A DNA stretch of 47,797 nt from an uncultured Candidatus Saccharibacteria bacterium (GCA_964426965.1 CAYRSI010000001.1:1-47797), one strand, 5' to 3'; positions 1 through 6,790 are shown, numbered from the stretch's first letter. Translations and numbers: made by a program. The notes: generated by a model not told the origin, from the sequence alone.

Positions 1-98
1 GCATATCGTCTACGAGAACCACCCAATACCTTAATAACCCGAATAAATCTTGCTCCGGTATTATCAACGATTTTTAAATTTGTTCCTGCCTGAATCAC
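1..98 (-). CDS. rplN: 50S ribosomal protein L14, N-terminal part (gene runs off the window start)
   Basis: Own translation of the minus strand from GTG at 96-98 gives (M)[31 protein letters not shown], a canonical L14 N-terminus. It follows rpsQ as in the spc operon. Truncated, so absent from the ORF track. Confidence 0.85.
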   Translation of the reverse strand, partial: MIQAGTNLKIVDNTGARFIRVIKVLGGSRRRY

Positions 99-103
99 TC
101 ATT

Positions 104-176
104 TAGCTTTTTAGCTTTTTAGCTTTTTAGCTTTTTAGGAATTCTAAGAAGCTACAAGCTACAAGCTACAAGCTAG
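104..176. repeat. AGCT-word spacer element, copy a: (AGCTTTTT)x4 - GGAATTCTAAGA - (AGCTACA)x3
   Basis: Tandem 8-mers at 105-136 and 7-mers at 150-170 read directly. The reverse complement shares an identical core of about 49 nt with 7981-8053. Fills the rpsQ|rplN spacer. Confidence 0.9.
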
Positions 177-419
177 TTATAGTACTATCCATCTTTTATC
201 TTTTGAAATCGGCCTGCTCTCCTGAATCGTTACTTTGTCTCCAATCTTATACCTGTTGTCAGGATCATGAGCTTTGTATTTCTTATTAATTTTATAACGT
301 TTTTTATAGCGCGGATGTTGTTTTAATCGCTCCACCAAAACAACAATGGTTTTATTCATTTTATCAGAAATCACTATTCCCTTTAAAGTTCGTTTAATTG
401 TTTTCTTTTTCTTTTGCAT
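177..419 (-). CDS. rpsQ: 30S ribosomal protein S17
   Basis: 80-aa [32 protein letters not shown] is the S17 core, and the operon position fits. Confidence 0.95.
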   Translation of the reverse strand: MQKKKKTIKRTLKGIVISDKMNKTIVVLVERLKQHPRYKKRYKINKKYKAHDPDNRYKIGDKVTIQESRPISKDKRWIVL

Positions 420-600
420 AATTTTCTTTTAATAACGTTAATATTCGGGCGATATCTCTTTTTGTCTGCCTGATTTCTTTAATGTTTTTTACCTTGCCGC
501 TGGCTAAATTAAATCTTAATTCTCTCAAATTATCTCTCAAGCTAATAAGAGTTTGCTGAAGTTCTTTGGTTGATTTTCGACGTAATTCCCTAATCTTCAT
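394..600 (-). CDS. rpmC: 50S ribosomal protein L29
   Basis: Start moved to ATG 598-600 ([18 protein letters not shown]...). The 100-aa track ORF is an upstream read-through into rplP. Confidence 0.9.
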   Translation of the reverse strand: MKIRELRRKSTKELQQTLISLRDNLRELRFNLASGKVKNIKEIRQTKRDIARILTLLKENYAKEKENN

Positions 601-601
601 A

Positions 602-1009
602 TTATCTCTTAACAAATCTAGTTTTGATTGGTAATTTATAGCTAGCCAAGCGCATTGCTTCTTTTGCCATTTCTTCAGTAACGCCATCCATTTCAAAAAT
701 AATCCTTCCGGGTTTTATTGAAACCACATAATGATCCACGCTTCCTTTTCCTCCGCCCATAGGCACTTCTACTCCTTTTGTAGTTTTGGGCTTATCCGGA
801 AAAACCCTTATCCAAAGTTTTCCTCCCCGCTGAACATATCTAGTTATTGCTCGACGAGCTGCTTCAATTTGACGAGCAGTCAACCAAGTCTCTTGTTCTG
901 CCTTTAAGCCAAAACTGCCGAAGTTTAATTTGGCTCCACTTCTTGTCTTGCTTGTTCTAGATCGACCCTTATTCCATTTTCGATGTTTGACTTTTTTGGG
1001 TTGAAGCAT
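602..1009 (-). CDS. rplP: 50S ribosomal protein L16
   Basis: Start moved to ATG 1007-1009 ([16 protein letters not shown]...), which is the L16 core. The upstream part of the track ORF lies in the repeat cassette. Confidence 0.95.
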   Translation of the reverse strand: MLQPKKVKHRKWNKGRSRTSKTRSGAKLNFGSFGLKAEQETWLTARQIEAARRAITRYVQRGGKLWIRVFPDKPKTTKGVEVPMGGGKGSVDHYVVSIKPGRIIFEMDGVTEEMAKEAMRLASYKLPIKTRFVKR

Positions 1010-1561
1010 GTTAGTTCGCTTCGCGAACGGGTGAAATGGATGATCGCTCACTCCGTTCGCTTGGGGGATCGGTCCGCAACTGCGAACCTTGGATGAAATA
1101 GATTACTTTATTAAAAATTTTCTATATGCTTGGAGTTTAAAGAATAATTTGTCTAGTGTCGGTAAAATTTTCTTAAAATCATTTTGAGAAATATAGCCTA
1201 GTTTACCAGCTAAAATTAGACAGGCTTTTACTTCTAACAATGAGCCTATGCTCTGGCTAATAAATTTAGCAAAGTCTTTTTTAGTATTTTTGCCACTTCC
1301 TTCAGCGATATTTAAAACAATCGAAATAGCTGCTCGTTTTATCTGTGATGTTAAACCAAATAATTCCTCTTTAGGAAATTTCTTAGCCAGTTTATAAATC
1401 TCCAAAACAAAATCATTGGCTAAATGGTAAATATCTAATGTTTCAAAATGATATTTTTTGTATATGGGATTTTTTATTTACGATCATTTCAACCAAACGA
1501 GCGGAGCGAGTGATCAACCATCAACCAAATCGCCGAAGGCGATGATCAACCAGTTCGAGTA
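1010..1561 (-). repeat. IVS-like inverted-repeat cassette, copy 1 (cargo: four-helix-bundle gene)
   Basis: Flanks 1010-1102 and 1406-1561 are built from TTGGWTGATC/GATCAACCA words plus GC hairpins (1014-1028 GTTCGC-TTC-GCGAAC, 1529-1543 ATCGCC-GAA-GGCGAT). Same architecture as 4002-4472 and 27472-27919. Confidence 0.85.
1103..1405 (-). CDS. four-helix-bundle protein (23S rRNA intervening-sequence protein family)
   Basis: FPKEELFGLTSQIKRAAISIVLNIAEGSGKNTKKDFAKFISQSIGSLLEVKACL is the family signature (QxxRAAxSIxxNIAEG...GS). The frame stays open upstream to 1477 without any ATG/GTG/TTG, so the true 5' end is uncertain. Confidence 0.85.
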   Translation of the reverse strand: MEIYKLAKKFPKEELFGLTSQIKRAAISIVLNIAEGSGKNTKKDFAKFISQSIGSLLEVKACLILAGKLGYISQNDFKKILPTLDKLFFKLQAYRKFLIK

Positions 1562-2209
1562 CTACTCGAACTTCTCCCCTTTATATACCCAGACTTTTAC
1601 TCCAATTACTCCATAGGTAGTGTAAGCATTAATATAAGCATAGTTGATATCAGCTCTAAGGGTTTGGAGAGGAACCTTTCCTTTTCTTAACCATTCTTGT
1701 CGAGCCATTTCTGTTCCACCAAGTCTGCCAGCAACAGAAATCTTGACTCCTTTAACGTCAGGGTCTTGAATAACTTTATCTAAAGTCTGCTTAATTACTC
1801 GCCTAAACGGCCTTCTTCTTTCAAGTTGTTCTGCAATGTTCTGAGCAATAATTTCAGCATGGGTTTCGGGTTTTCTTATTTCCTCAATGTCTATTTTTAT
1901 ATCCAATCCCTTGGTTTGCCCTTTAAATATTTTGCTGATTATTTCTCTTTTTAAATCCTGAACCCCTGCTCCTCCTCTTCCAATAATAATTCCTGGCCGA
2001 GCAGTATAAATTTTAATATTAAGTAAATTAGCTGAGCGAGTAATCTCAATTTCTTTTATTGCTGTCTGCTTTAATTTAGCTATAATAAACTCTCGCAGCT
2101 TGTAATCCTGCTTTAAAAACTCCTTGTATTTCTTTTTATTAAACCATCGAGACTTCCAATCGGCAGTATAACCTAATCGAAAGGCCCGTGGATGAACTTT
2201 ATGAGACAT
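1562..2209 (-). CDS. rpsC: 30S ribosomal protein S3
   Basis: MSHKVHPRAFRLGYTADWKSRWF... with the GRLGGTEMAR motif. Operon position fits. Confidence 0.95.
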   Translation of the reverse strand: MSHKVHPRAFRLGYTADWKSRWFNKKKYKEFLKQDYKLREFIIAKLKQTAIKEIEITRSANLLNIKIYTARPGIIIGRGGAGVQDLKREIISKIFKGQTKGLDIKIDIEEIRKPETHAEIIAQNIAEQLERRRPFRRVIKQTLDKVIQDPDVKGVKISVAGRLGGTEMARQEWLRKGKVPLQTLRADINYAYINAYTTYGVIGVKVWVYKGEKFE

Positions 2210-2211
2210 AA

Positions 2212-2781
2212 TTAAAATGACTTGCGTCTGAATATTTTTTTAACGTTGCCAAATGTCTGACGACTCCAAAATTTCTTTTTAGATCTTGAAGTGGTTGGAT
2301 AGGGTTTCGTGGGCGGGGTTGGTTTAAGTTTCGGAACTGGTTTTTCCTCTTCGGCAATTTTTTCTTTGGGTCTCTTTTTAATATCCTTAGCATCTTCAAG
2401 TTTCACAACTTCTGGTTTGGGCTCTTTTCTTTTCTTAACTTTCACTTCCTTTTTTGTTTCTACAACTAAATTTATATGACTTGTTCTTTTCATAATTGGC
2501 GCTGCCCTGCCCATAGCCCTGGCTCTCCAACGTTTAAATGGCGTGCCTTCATTAACTTGAATTTCAGAAATAAATAAATTATCTTTTTCAATATTAAAAT
2601 TATGCTGGGCATTAGCAGCTGCTGAATTTAAAAGTTTTAAAATTGGTTCAGCTGCTCTCTTAGCTAAAAATCTAAGTTGAGTTTCTGCCTCTTTTACATC
2701 CATGCCTCGAACAAGGTCAGCAACCAGCCTGACCTTCCGAGCGGACATTCGAAAATGATTTAATTTAGCAGCCACTTTCAT
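2212..2781 (-). CDS. rplV: 50S ribosomal protein L22 with a ~75-aa Lys/Pro-rich C-terminal tail
   Basis: The N-terminal ~115 aa is L22 (FRMSARKVRLVADLVRGMDV...). The remainder is low-complexity K/P/E. Confidence 0.93.
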   Translation of the reverse strand: MKVAAKLNHFRMSARKVRLVADLVRGMDVKEAETQLRFLAKRAAEPILKLLNSAAANAQHNFNIEKDNLFISEIQVNEGTPFKRWRARAMGRAAPIMKRTSHINLVVETKKEVKVKKRKEPKPEVVKLEDAKDIKKRPKEKIAEEEKPVPKLKPTPPTKPYPTTSRSKKKFWSRQTFGNVKKIFRRKSF

Positions 2782-2860
2782 AGTTTAGCTTCTTAGGAAT
2801 TAGCTTATTGGCTTATTAGGAATCCTAAAGCCTAAAAAGCTACAAGCTACAAGCTAATTA
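2782..2860. repeat. AGCT-word spacer element, copy c
   Basis: TAGCTTCTTAGGAATTAGCTTATTGGCTTATTAGGAATCCTAAAGCCTAAAAAGCTACAAGCTACAAGCTA uses the same word set as 104-176 and 7981-8053. Fills the rpsS|rplV spacer. Confidence 0.85.
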
Positions 2861-3160
2861 TTATTTCCCAGCCTCTTTTGTCTTATGTTCTAAGTCTTTT
2901 TGTCTTTTTCCGCCATGTTTAACAAATTTTCTGGTTGGAGCAAATTCGCCTAATTTATGACCAACCATATCTTCGCTAATAAAGACTGGCACATGCTCTT
3001 TACCATTATGAATGCCAAAAGTAAAACCAACCATTTCCGGAGTAATGGTACAAGCCCGAGCCCAGGTCTTAATTACCGTTTTATCGCTTGGTTTTAGTTT
3101 CTGAACCTTTTTTATTAACTTTTCGTCCACATAAGGACCTTTTTTTAAACTTCTGGCCAT
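2861..3160 (-). CDS. rpsS: 30S ribosomal protein S19
   Basis: [15 protein letters not shown]... with [23 protein letters not shown]. Confidence 0.95.
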   Translation of the reverse strand: MARSLKKGPYVDEKLIKKVQKLKPSDKTVIKTWARACTITPEMVGFTFGIHNGKEHVPVFISEDMVGHKLGEFAPTRKFVKHGGKRQKDLEHKTKEAGK

Positions 3161-3161
3161 A

Positions 3162-4001
3162 CTACCTTTTTTTCTTTTTCATTCTTTTAATTATAAACTT
3201 ATTTGAATACTTTTTCTTGTTTCTCGTTTTAACTCCGTAGGCTTTTTTGCCCCAAGGAGTCTTTGGTCCCTTGAGTTGACCTACTGGGGATCTTCCTTCT
3301 CCGCCACCATGAGGATGATCAACTGGATTCATTGCTACTCCTCGAACAGCTGGTCTTCTACCCAACCAACGAGAACGGCCAGCTTTACCCAAGTTAATAA
3401 ACCTATGTTCGGACTTACTTAGAGAGCCAATGCTAGCCATAGCATTCTCAGGAATCATCCTAATTTCTGAAGAAGGCAGCGTCAAATGAACATAGCCGCC
3501 CTCAATTGCAGTTACCTGAGCGCTGACACCAGCAGAACGAACAATCTGCCCTCCTTTCCCTGATATAAGTTCAACATTATAAACAAGCGTACCAACTGGC
3601 ATATTTTTTAAAGGCATTCTGTTGGCTGGTTTTAGAGAAACCTTTTCGCCGGTAATAACTTCATCTCCTACTTTTAAATCCCTGGGTGCTAAAATATATC
3701 TTTTTTCTCCATCTTTATAAGTAATCAAAGATATAAAAGCCGACCTATTTGGGTCATACTCAATAGACTCAACTTTTGCAGGAATATCAAATTTATCTCG
3801 TTTAAAATCAATTATCCGATACTTCCTTTTGTGACCGCCTCCTTGATGTCTAACTGTAATTCTCCCCTGCCTGCTTCTTCCTGCTCGTTTCTTCAAGGAT
3901 TTAACAAGTGGTTTATGGGGTTTACTAACAGTTAAATCTTTTTTGTAATCTATCCCGGTCATTTTTCTGCGGCCAGGAGTTGTGGGTTTGTAGATCTTCA
4001 T
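3162..4001 (-). CDS. rplB: 50S ribosomal protein L2
   Basis: 279 aa with the [16 protein letters not shown] motif. Confidence 0.97.
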   Translation of the reverse strand: MKIYKPTTPGRRKMTGIDYKKDLTVSKPHKPLVKSLKKRAGRSRQGRITVRHQGGGHKRKYRIIDFKRDKFDIPAKVESIEYDPNRSAFISLITYKDGEKRYILAPRDLKVGDEVITGEKVSLKPANRMPLKNMPVGTLVYNVELISGKGGQIVRSAGVSAQVTAIEGGYVHLTLPSSEIRMIPENAMASIGSLSKSEHRFINLGKAGRSRWLGRRPAVRGVAMNPVDHPHGGGEGRSPVGQLKGPKTPWGKKAYGVKTRNKKKYSNKFIIKRMKKKKR

Positions 4002-4105
4002 GTTCGCTTCGCGAACGGTTGACCGATCGCCTTTGGCGATCTTGGATGATCATTCGCTTAGCTCATTTGGATGATCAACCGCTTCGCGGTTTTGGTTGAA
4101 GTGGA

Positions 4106-4156
4106 TTATTTTATTAAAAATTTCCTGTATGCTTGAAGCTTGAAAAATAATTTATC
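4106..4156 (-). pseudogene. 3'-terminal remnant of a four-helix-bundle gene (last 16 codons plus stop)
   Basis: Translates to DKLFFKLQAYRKFLIK*, identical to the C-terminus of the 1103-1405 protein. All 8 nucleotide differences between the two are synonymous. Confidence 0.85.
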
Positions 4157-4338
4157 TAAGGTCTACTTTTTTTCTTCTTCCAATCCCTAATCAAAATATC
4201 GTGCTTTCGGCCGCCGAAGATGATTTCTAGTTTTTGACGTTCGCGCCAGCCGAATTTTTCTATTAATCTTTTCGGTAGGTTAATTGAATAGCTGTGGCTA
4301 CTCACTTTTTGTAATTTTCTAACAAATTTTTGTGCCAT
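4156..4338 (-). CDS. AbrB/MazE/SpoVT-type DNA-binding protein, copy 1 (60 aa)
   Basis: MAQKFVRKLQKVSSHSYSINLPKRLIEKFGWRERQKLEIIFGG... has a swapped-hairpin-like pattern (S-x-x-[IV]-x-[LI]-P-K-x-[LI]). Start set at ATG 4336-4338; the longer track ORF reads through the operator repeats. Confidence 0.75.
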   Translation of the reverse strand: MAQKFVRKLQKVSSHSYSINLPKRLIEKFGWRERQKLEIIFGGRKHDILIRDWKKKKSRP

Positions 4339-4345
4339 ATTTATA

Positions 4346-4389
4346 GTATATACGATAGTATATACGTTCGTATATATGTGCGTATATAC
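4346..4389 (-). promoter_or_regulatory. Phased array of palindromic octamers GTATATAC (x3 perfect plus 1 degenerate, 12-bp period), a putative operator/promoter of the AbrB-like gene
   Basis: GTATATAC at 4346, 4358 and 4382, and GTATATAT at 4370. It ends 8 nt before the ATG, and there is no SD. Confidence 0.6.
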
Positions 4390-4472
4390 GATCCATTTCA
4401 ACCATTTCAACCAAGCGAACGAAGTGAGCGATCAACCAAGGTCGCCGCAGGCGACCGATCAACCAATTCGAC

Positions 4473-4925
4473 CTAATGTGGCATAATTTCGATTTTTTGC
4501 CCCTTTTCCAATGTCACTATTGCCTTTTTATAACCAGTTTTAAAGCCTTCAATGCCTCGAAGCATTCTCCTCTTTCTATGAACATTGATTATGTTAACAT
4601 CTCTTACCCTTACTCCGTAAAGATTCTCAACGGCTTTCTTGGTTTCAATTTTATTGGCTTGAGGATAAACTTTAAACACATATTTATTTTCCTCAGTTAA
4701 AACAGTGGCTTTTTCACTAATATGCGGCTCTTTTAAAATCTTATAAATTTCCCGTAAATCTTTTTTCTTTATGGGTGGCCGTTTTACTGATGGCTTTTTC
4801 GCCCTGAGGGCGACCGGCCGTAGGCCGGTAACTTTCTTCGGTTTTTTGGCTGGTTTTTTCTTTAGTTTCTCAACCTTCTTCGGTTTCTTTTTAAATCTTA
4901 ATTTAAATTTTTTAAATAATGACAT
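4473..4925 (-). CDS. rplW: 50S ribosomal protein L23 with a ~55-aa Lys-rich N-terminal extension
   Basis: The C-terminal 95 aa is L23 (ILKEPHISEKATVLTEENKYVFKV...AIVTL). Confidence 0.93.
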   Translation of the reverse strand: MSLFKKFKLRFKKKPKKVEKLKKKPAKKPKKVTGLRPVALRAKKPSVKRPPIKKKDLREIYKILKEPHISEKATVLTEENKYVFKVYPQANKIETKKAVENLYGVRVRDVNIINVHRKRRMLRGIEGFKTGYKKAIVTLEKGQKIEIMPH

Positions 4926-5550
4926 AGGTCTTTTCTATCACTTTTACTGCTTCTTTTGGCATTAATAGGTATTTGAATGATAACAAATCCAAAACGTTTA
5001 AGCTATCTGCTCGAAGAGTCTTTGTGTAGGGAACGTTTTTATTGGCTCTAACAATATTTTCATCTTTTGTTGAAATTACCACTAATGCACTTTTCTTTTT
5101 TTTCCCTAAGATATTCTCCAGTATTCTTGCCATCAGCCTTGTTTTTGGTTCTTGGAGTTCTAATTTATCCAATAATATTAACTCTTTATCTTTGACCTTA
5201 GAAGTTAAAACCATAAATAATGCCTTTTGCTTCATCTTTTTATTAATTTTTTTCTTAAAAACCCGTTCTTTGGTTGGCCCAAAAGTGACGCCACCTCCCC
5301 GCCAAATCGGTGAACGGATAGAACCATGACGCGCTCGACCAGTTCCTTTTTGCCGCCAGGGCTTTCTGCCACCACCACGCACCTCGCTCCTGCCCTTAGC
5401 ATGAGCTATTACCTGCCTCTTATTAGCTAACTGAGCAACCACTGCCTGATGAACCAAATCAGTATTCATCTTCACGTCAAAAATCTTTGACAACAGCTTA
5501 ACTACCCCCACTTTCTTACCTTCTGTATTATAAACATTGACACTCGGCAT
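4912..5550 (-). CDS. rplD: 50S ribosomal protein L4
   Basis: 212 aa with the GGGRKPWRQKGTGRARHGS motif. Confidence 0.96.
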   Translation of the reverse strand: MPSVNVYNTEGKKVGVVKLLSKIFDVKMNTDLVHQAVVAQLANKRQVIAHAKGRSEVRGGGRKPWRQKGTGRARHGSIRSPIWRGGGVTFGPTKERVFKKKINKKMKQKALFMVLTSKVKDKELILLDKLELQEPKTRLMARILENILGKKKKSALVVISTKDENIVRANKNVPYTKTLRADSLNVLDLLSFKYLLMPKEAVKVIEKTYVII

Positions 5551-5554
5551 ATTT

Positions 5555-6205
5555 CTATTGAGATTTAATCTCGACCAAACCTCTATTTGCTCCTGAAACT
5601 GCTCCTTTTACTGCTAATAAATTATTTTCTTTATCTACTTTTACAATTTTTAATCCAGTTGTAGTAACTCGATTAGCGCCTGCATGACCGGGCATTTTTT
5701 TGCCTTTAACCACCCTCTGAGGAAACATGGAACCAATTGAACCAGGCGTACGTAAAACATGACGGTGGCCGTGCGAAGCCGGTCCACCGCTAAATCCATG
5801 TTTTTTAACTACTCCTTGAAATCCCTTTCCCTTAGAAATTCCTGAAATTTTAACAATATCCCCCTCTTTAAATACACTGACATCGATTTTATCGCCTATT
5901 TTTGGAAATTGAGAATTGCCAGCCTTCGGCCCGCTTCGACTCAGCGAGGCGAGCTGGTCAGCCGTAGGCTGAAAAATTGGAAATTCTTTCAGGTATCTGT
6001 ATGGTTTTTTGTTCTGGGACTTCTTGACTTTCTTCTCTTTTAATTTCTCATATCCAATCTGAACAGCCTGGTAATTGTCTTTATCGCTGGTTTTTATCTG
6101 GGTAATAAAACACGGTCCTGCTTCAATAACTGTCACAGGAATAACGTTCCCTTCTTTGTCAAAAATTTGACTCATGCCAAGTTTTCTACCTAATATAAAT
6201 TCCAT
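5555..6205 (-). CDS. rplC: 50S ribosomal protein L3
   Basis: Start set at ATG 6203-6205 (MEFILGRKLGMSQIFDKEGNVIPVTVIE), which matches the usual L3 N-terminus. The track start at 6229 lies in the spacer repeat. Confidence 0.93.
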   Translation of the reverse strand: MEFILGRKLGMSQIFDKEGNVIPVTVIEAGPCFITQIKTSDKDNYQAVQIGYEKLKEKKVKKSQNKKPYRYLKEFPIFQPTADQLASLSRSGPKAGNSQFPKIGDKIDVSVFKEGDIVKISGISKGKGFQGVVKKHGFSGGPASHGHRHVLRTPGSIGSMFPQRVVKGKKMPGHAGANRVTTTGLKIVKVDKENNLLAVKGAVSGANRGLVEIKSQ

Positions 6206-6380
6206 GTAATCAGCGAATAACGAATTCATTACGAATTTACGAATAATAAATACCGGGGTCTAATCCGGTATTGCATAAAAATCGGTTAGCACCCTGTTAT
6301 TTGTTTTATTGAAAATAATTACAAAAATTCATAATTTCGAAAATTCGTATATTCGAAATAGATTCGTTATTCGTTGATGA
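6206..6380. repeat. CGAAT-word spacer element: long imperfect inverted repeat around an ATACCGG hairpin
   Basis: CGAATAACGAAT (6214-6225) against ATTCGTTATTCG (6362-6373), with further CGAAT/ATTCG words on both arms. Central hairpin ATACCGG-N8-CCGGTAT at 6250-6271. Confidence 0.85.
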
Positions 6381-6779
6381 TCACATCTTAATTTCTATAT
6401 CAACACCAGCGGGTAAATTCAAATTCATCATTGCGTCTATAATTCTTGAATTAGGATTGTAAATATCTATTAAACGCTTATGGGTTCTCATTTCGTACTG
6501 CTCCCTGGAATTCTTATGAACAAAACTAGATCTATTCACTGTATACTTGTGAATTTGCGTAGGTAAGGGTATGGGTCCCACAACCTCTGCTCCCTGTCGT
6601 TCAATAGCTTCCACAATCTGCCTGGCTGACTGATCAATAATTTTATGGTCATAAGCCCGTATCTTAATTCTAAGCCGTGATTTTGGCTCCTCAACTTCTT
6701 TTTTTTCGACGCTCGCTTTTGACGAGGTCGAGACCCCGACCCCAGCAGGCGTCGGGGCTTTCTTCCTTTTTGTTTTCAT
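6381..6779 (-). CDS. rpsJ: 30S ribosomal protein S10 with a ~30-aa N-terminal extension
   Basis: [23 protein letters not shown]...THKRLIDI is the S10 core. Confidence 0.95.
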   Translation of the reverse strand: MKTKRKKAPTPAGVGVSTSSKASVEKKEVEEPKSRLRIKIRAYDHKIIDQSARQIVEAIERQGAEVVGPIPLPTQIHKYTVNRSSFVHKNSREQYEMRTHKRLIDIYNPNSRIIDAMMNLNLPAGVDIEIKM

Positions 6780-6790
6780 TTAAGAATAAC

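Larger units (their letters stand above)
4002..4472 (-). repeat. IVS-like inverted-repeat cassette, copy 2 (cargo: AbrB-like gene plus four-helix-bundle remnant)
   Basis: Hairpins at 4002-4016, 4025-4041, 4077-4091 and 4440-4456. Words TTGGATGATC (4042-4051, 4067-4076) and GATCAACCAA (4430-4439, 4457-4466). Spans exactly from the rplW stop to the rplB ATG. Confidence 0.9.

Noticed and set aside
1103-1405. Four-helix-bundle protein acting as the Avd component of a diversity-generating retroelement.
   Set aside because: Avd belongs to the same broad fold family. However, the window has no reverse transcriptase, no template/variable repeat pair and no target gene.
2199-2399. A 66-aa minus-strand ORF overlapping the rplV tail in another frame.
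   Set aside because: It is embedded in the L22 gene in an alternative frame, is basic and low-complexity, and has no independent start signals.
4156-4338. AbrB/MazE-like gene acting as the antitoxin of a type II toxin-antitoxin pair.
   Set aside because: Neither copy has an adjacent toxin ORF. The only neighbouring coding sequence is the non-functional four-helix-bundle remnant.
4339-4410. N-terminal extensions of the AbrB-like ORFs in the track (MKWLKWIVYTHIYTNVYTIVYTIN..., and 27822-27872).
   Set aside because: These residues are the GTATATAC repeat array translated. The conserved protein starts at MAQKF, and the two copies differ upstream by exactly one 12-bp repeat unit.
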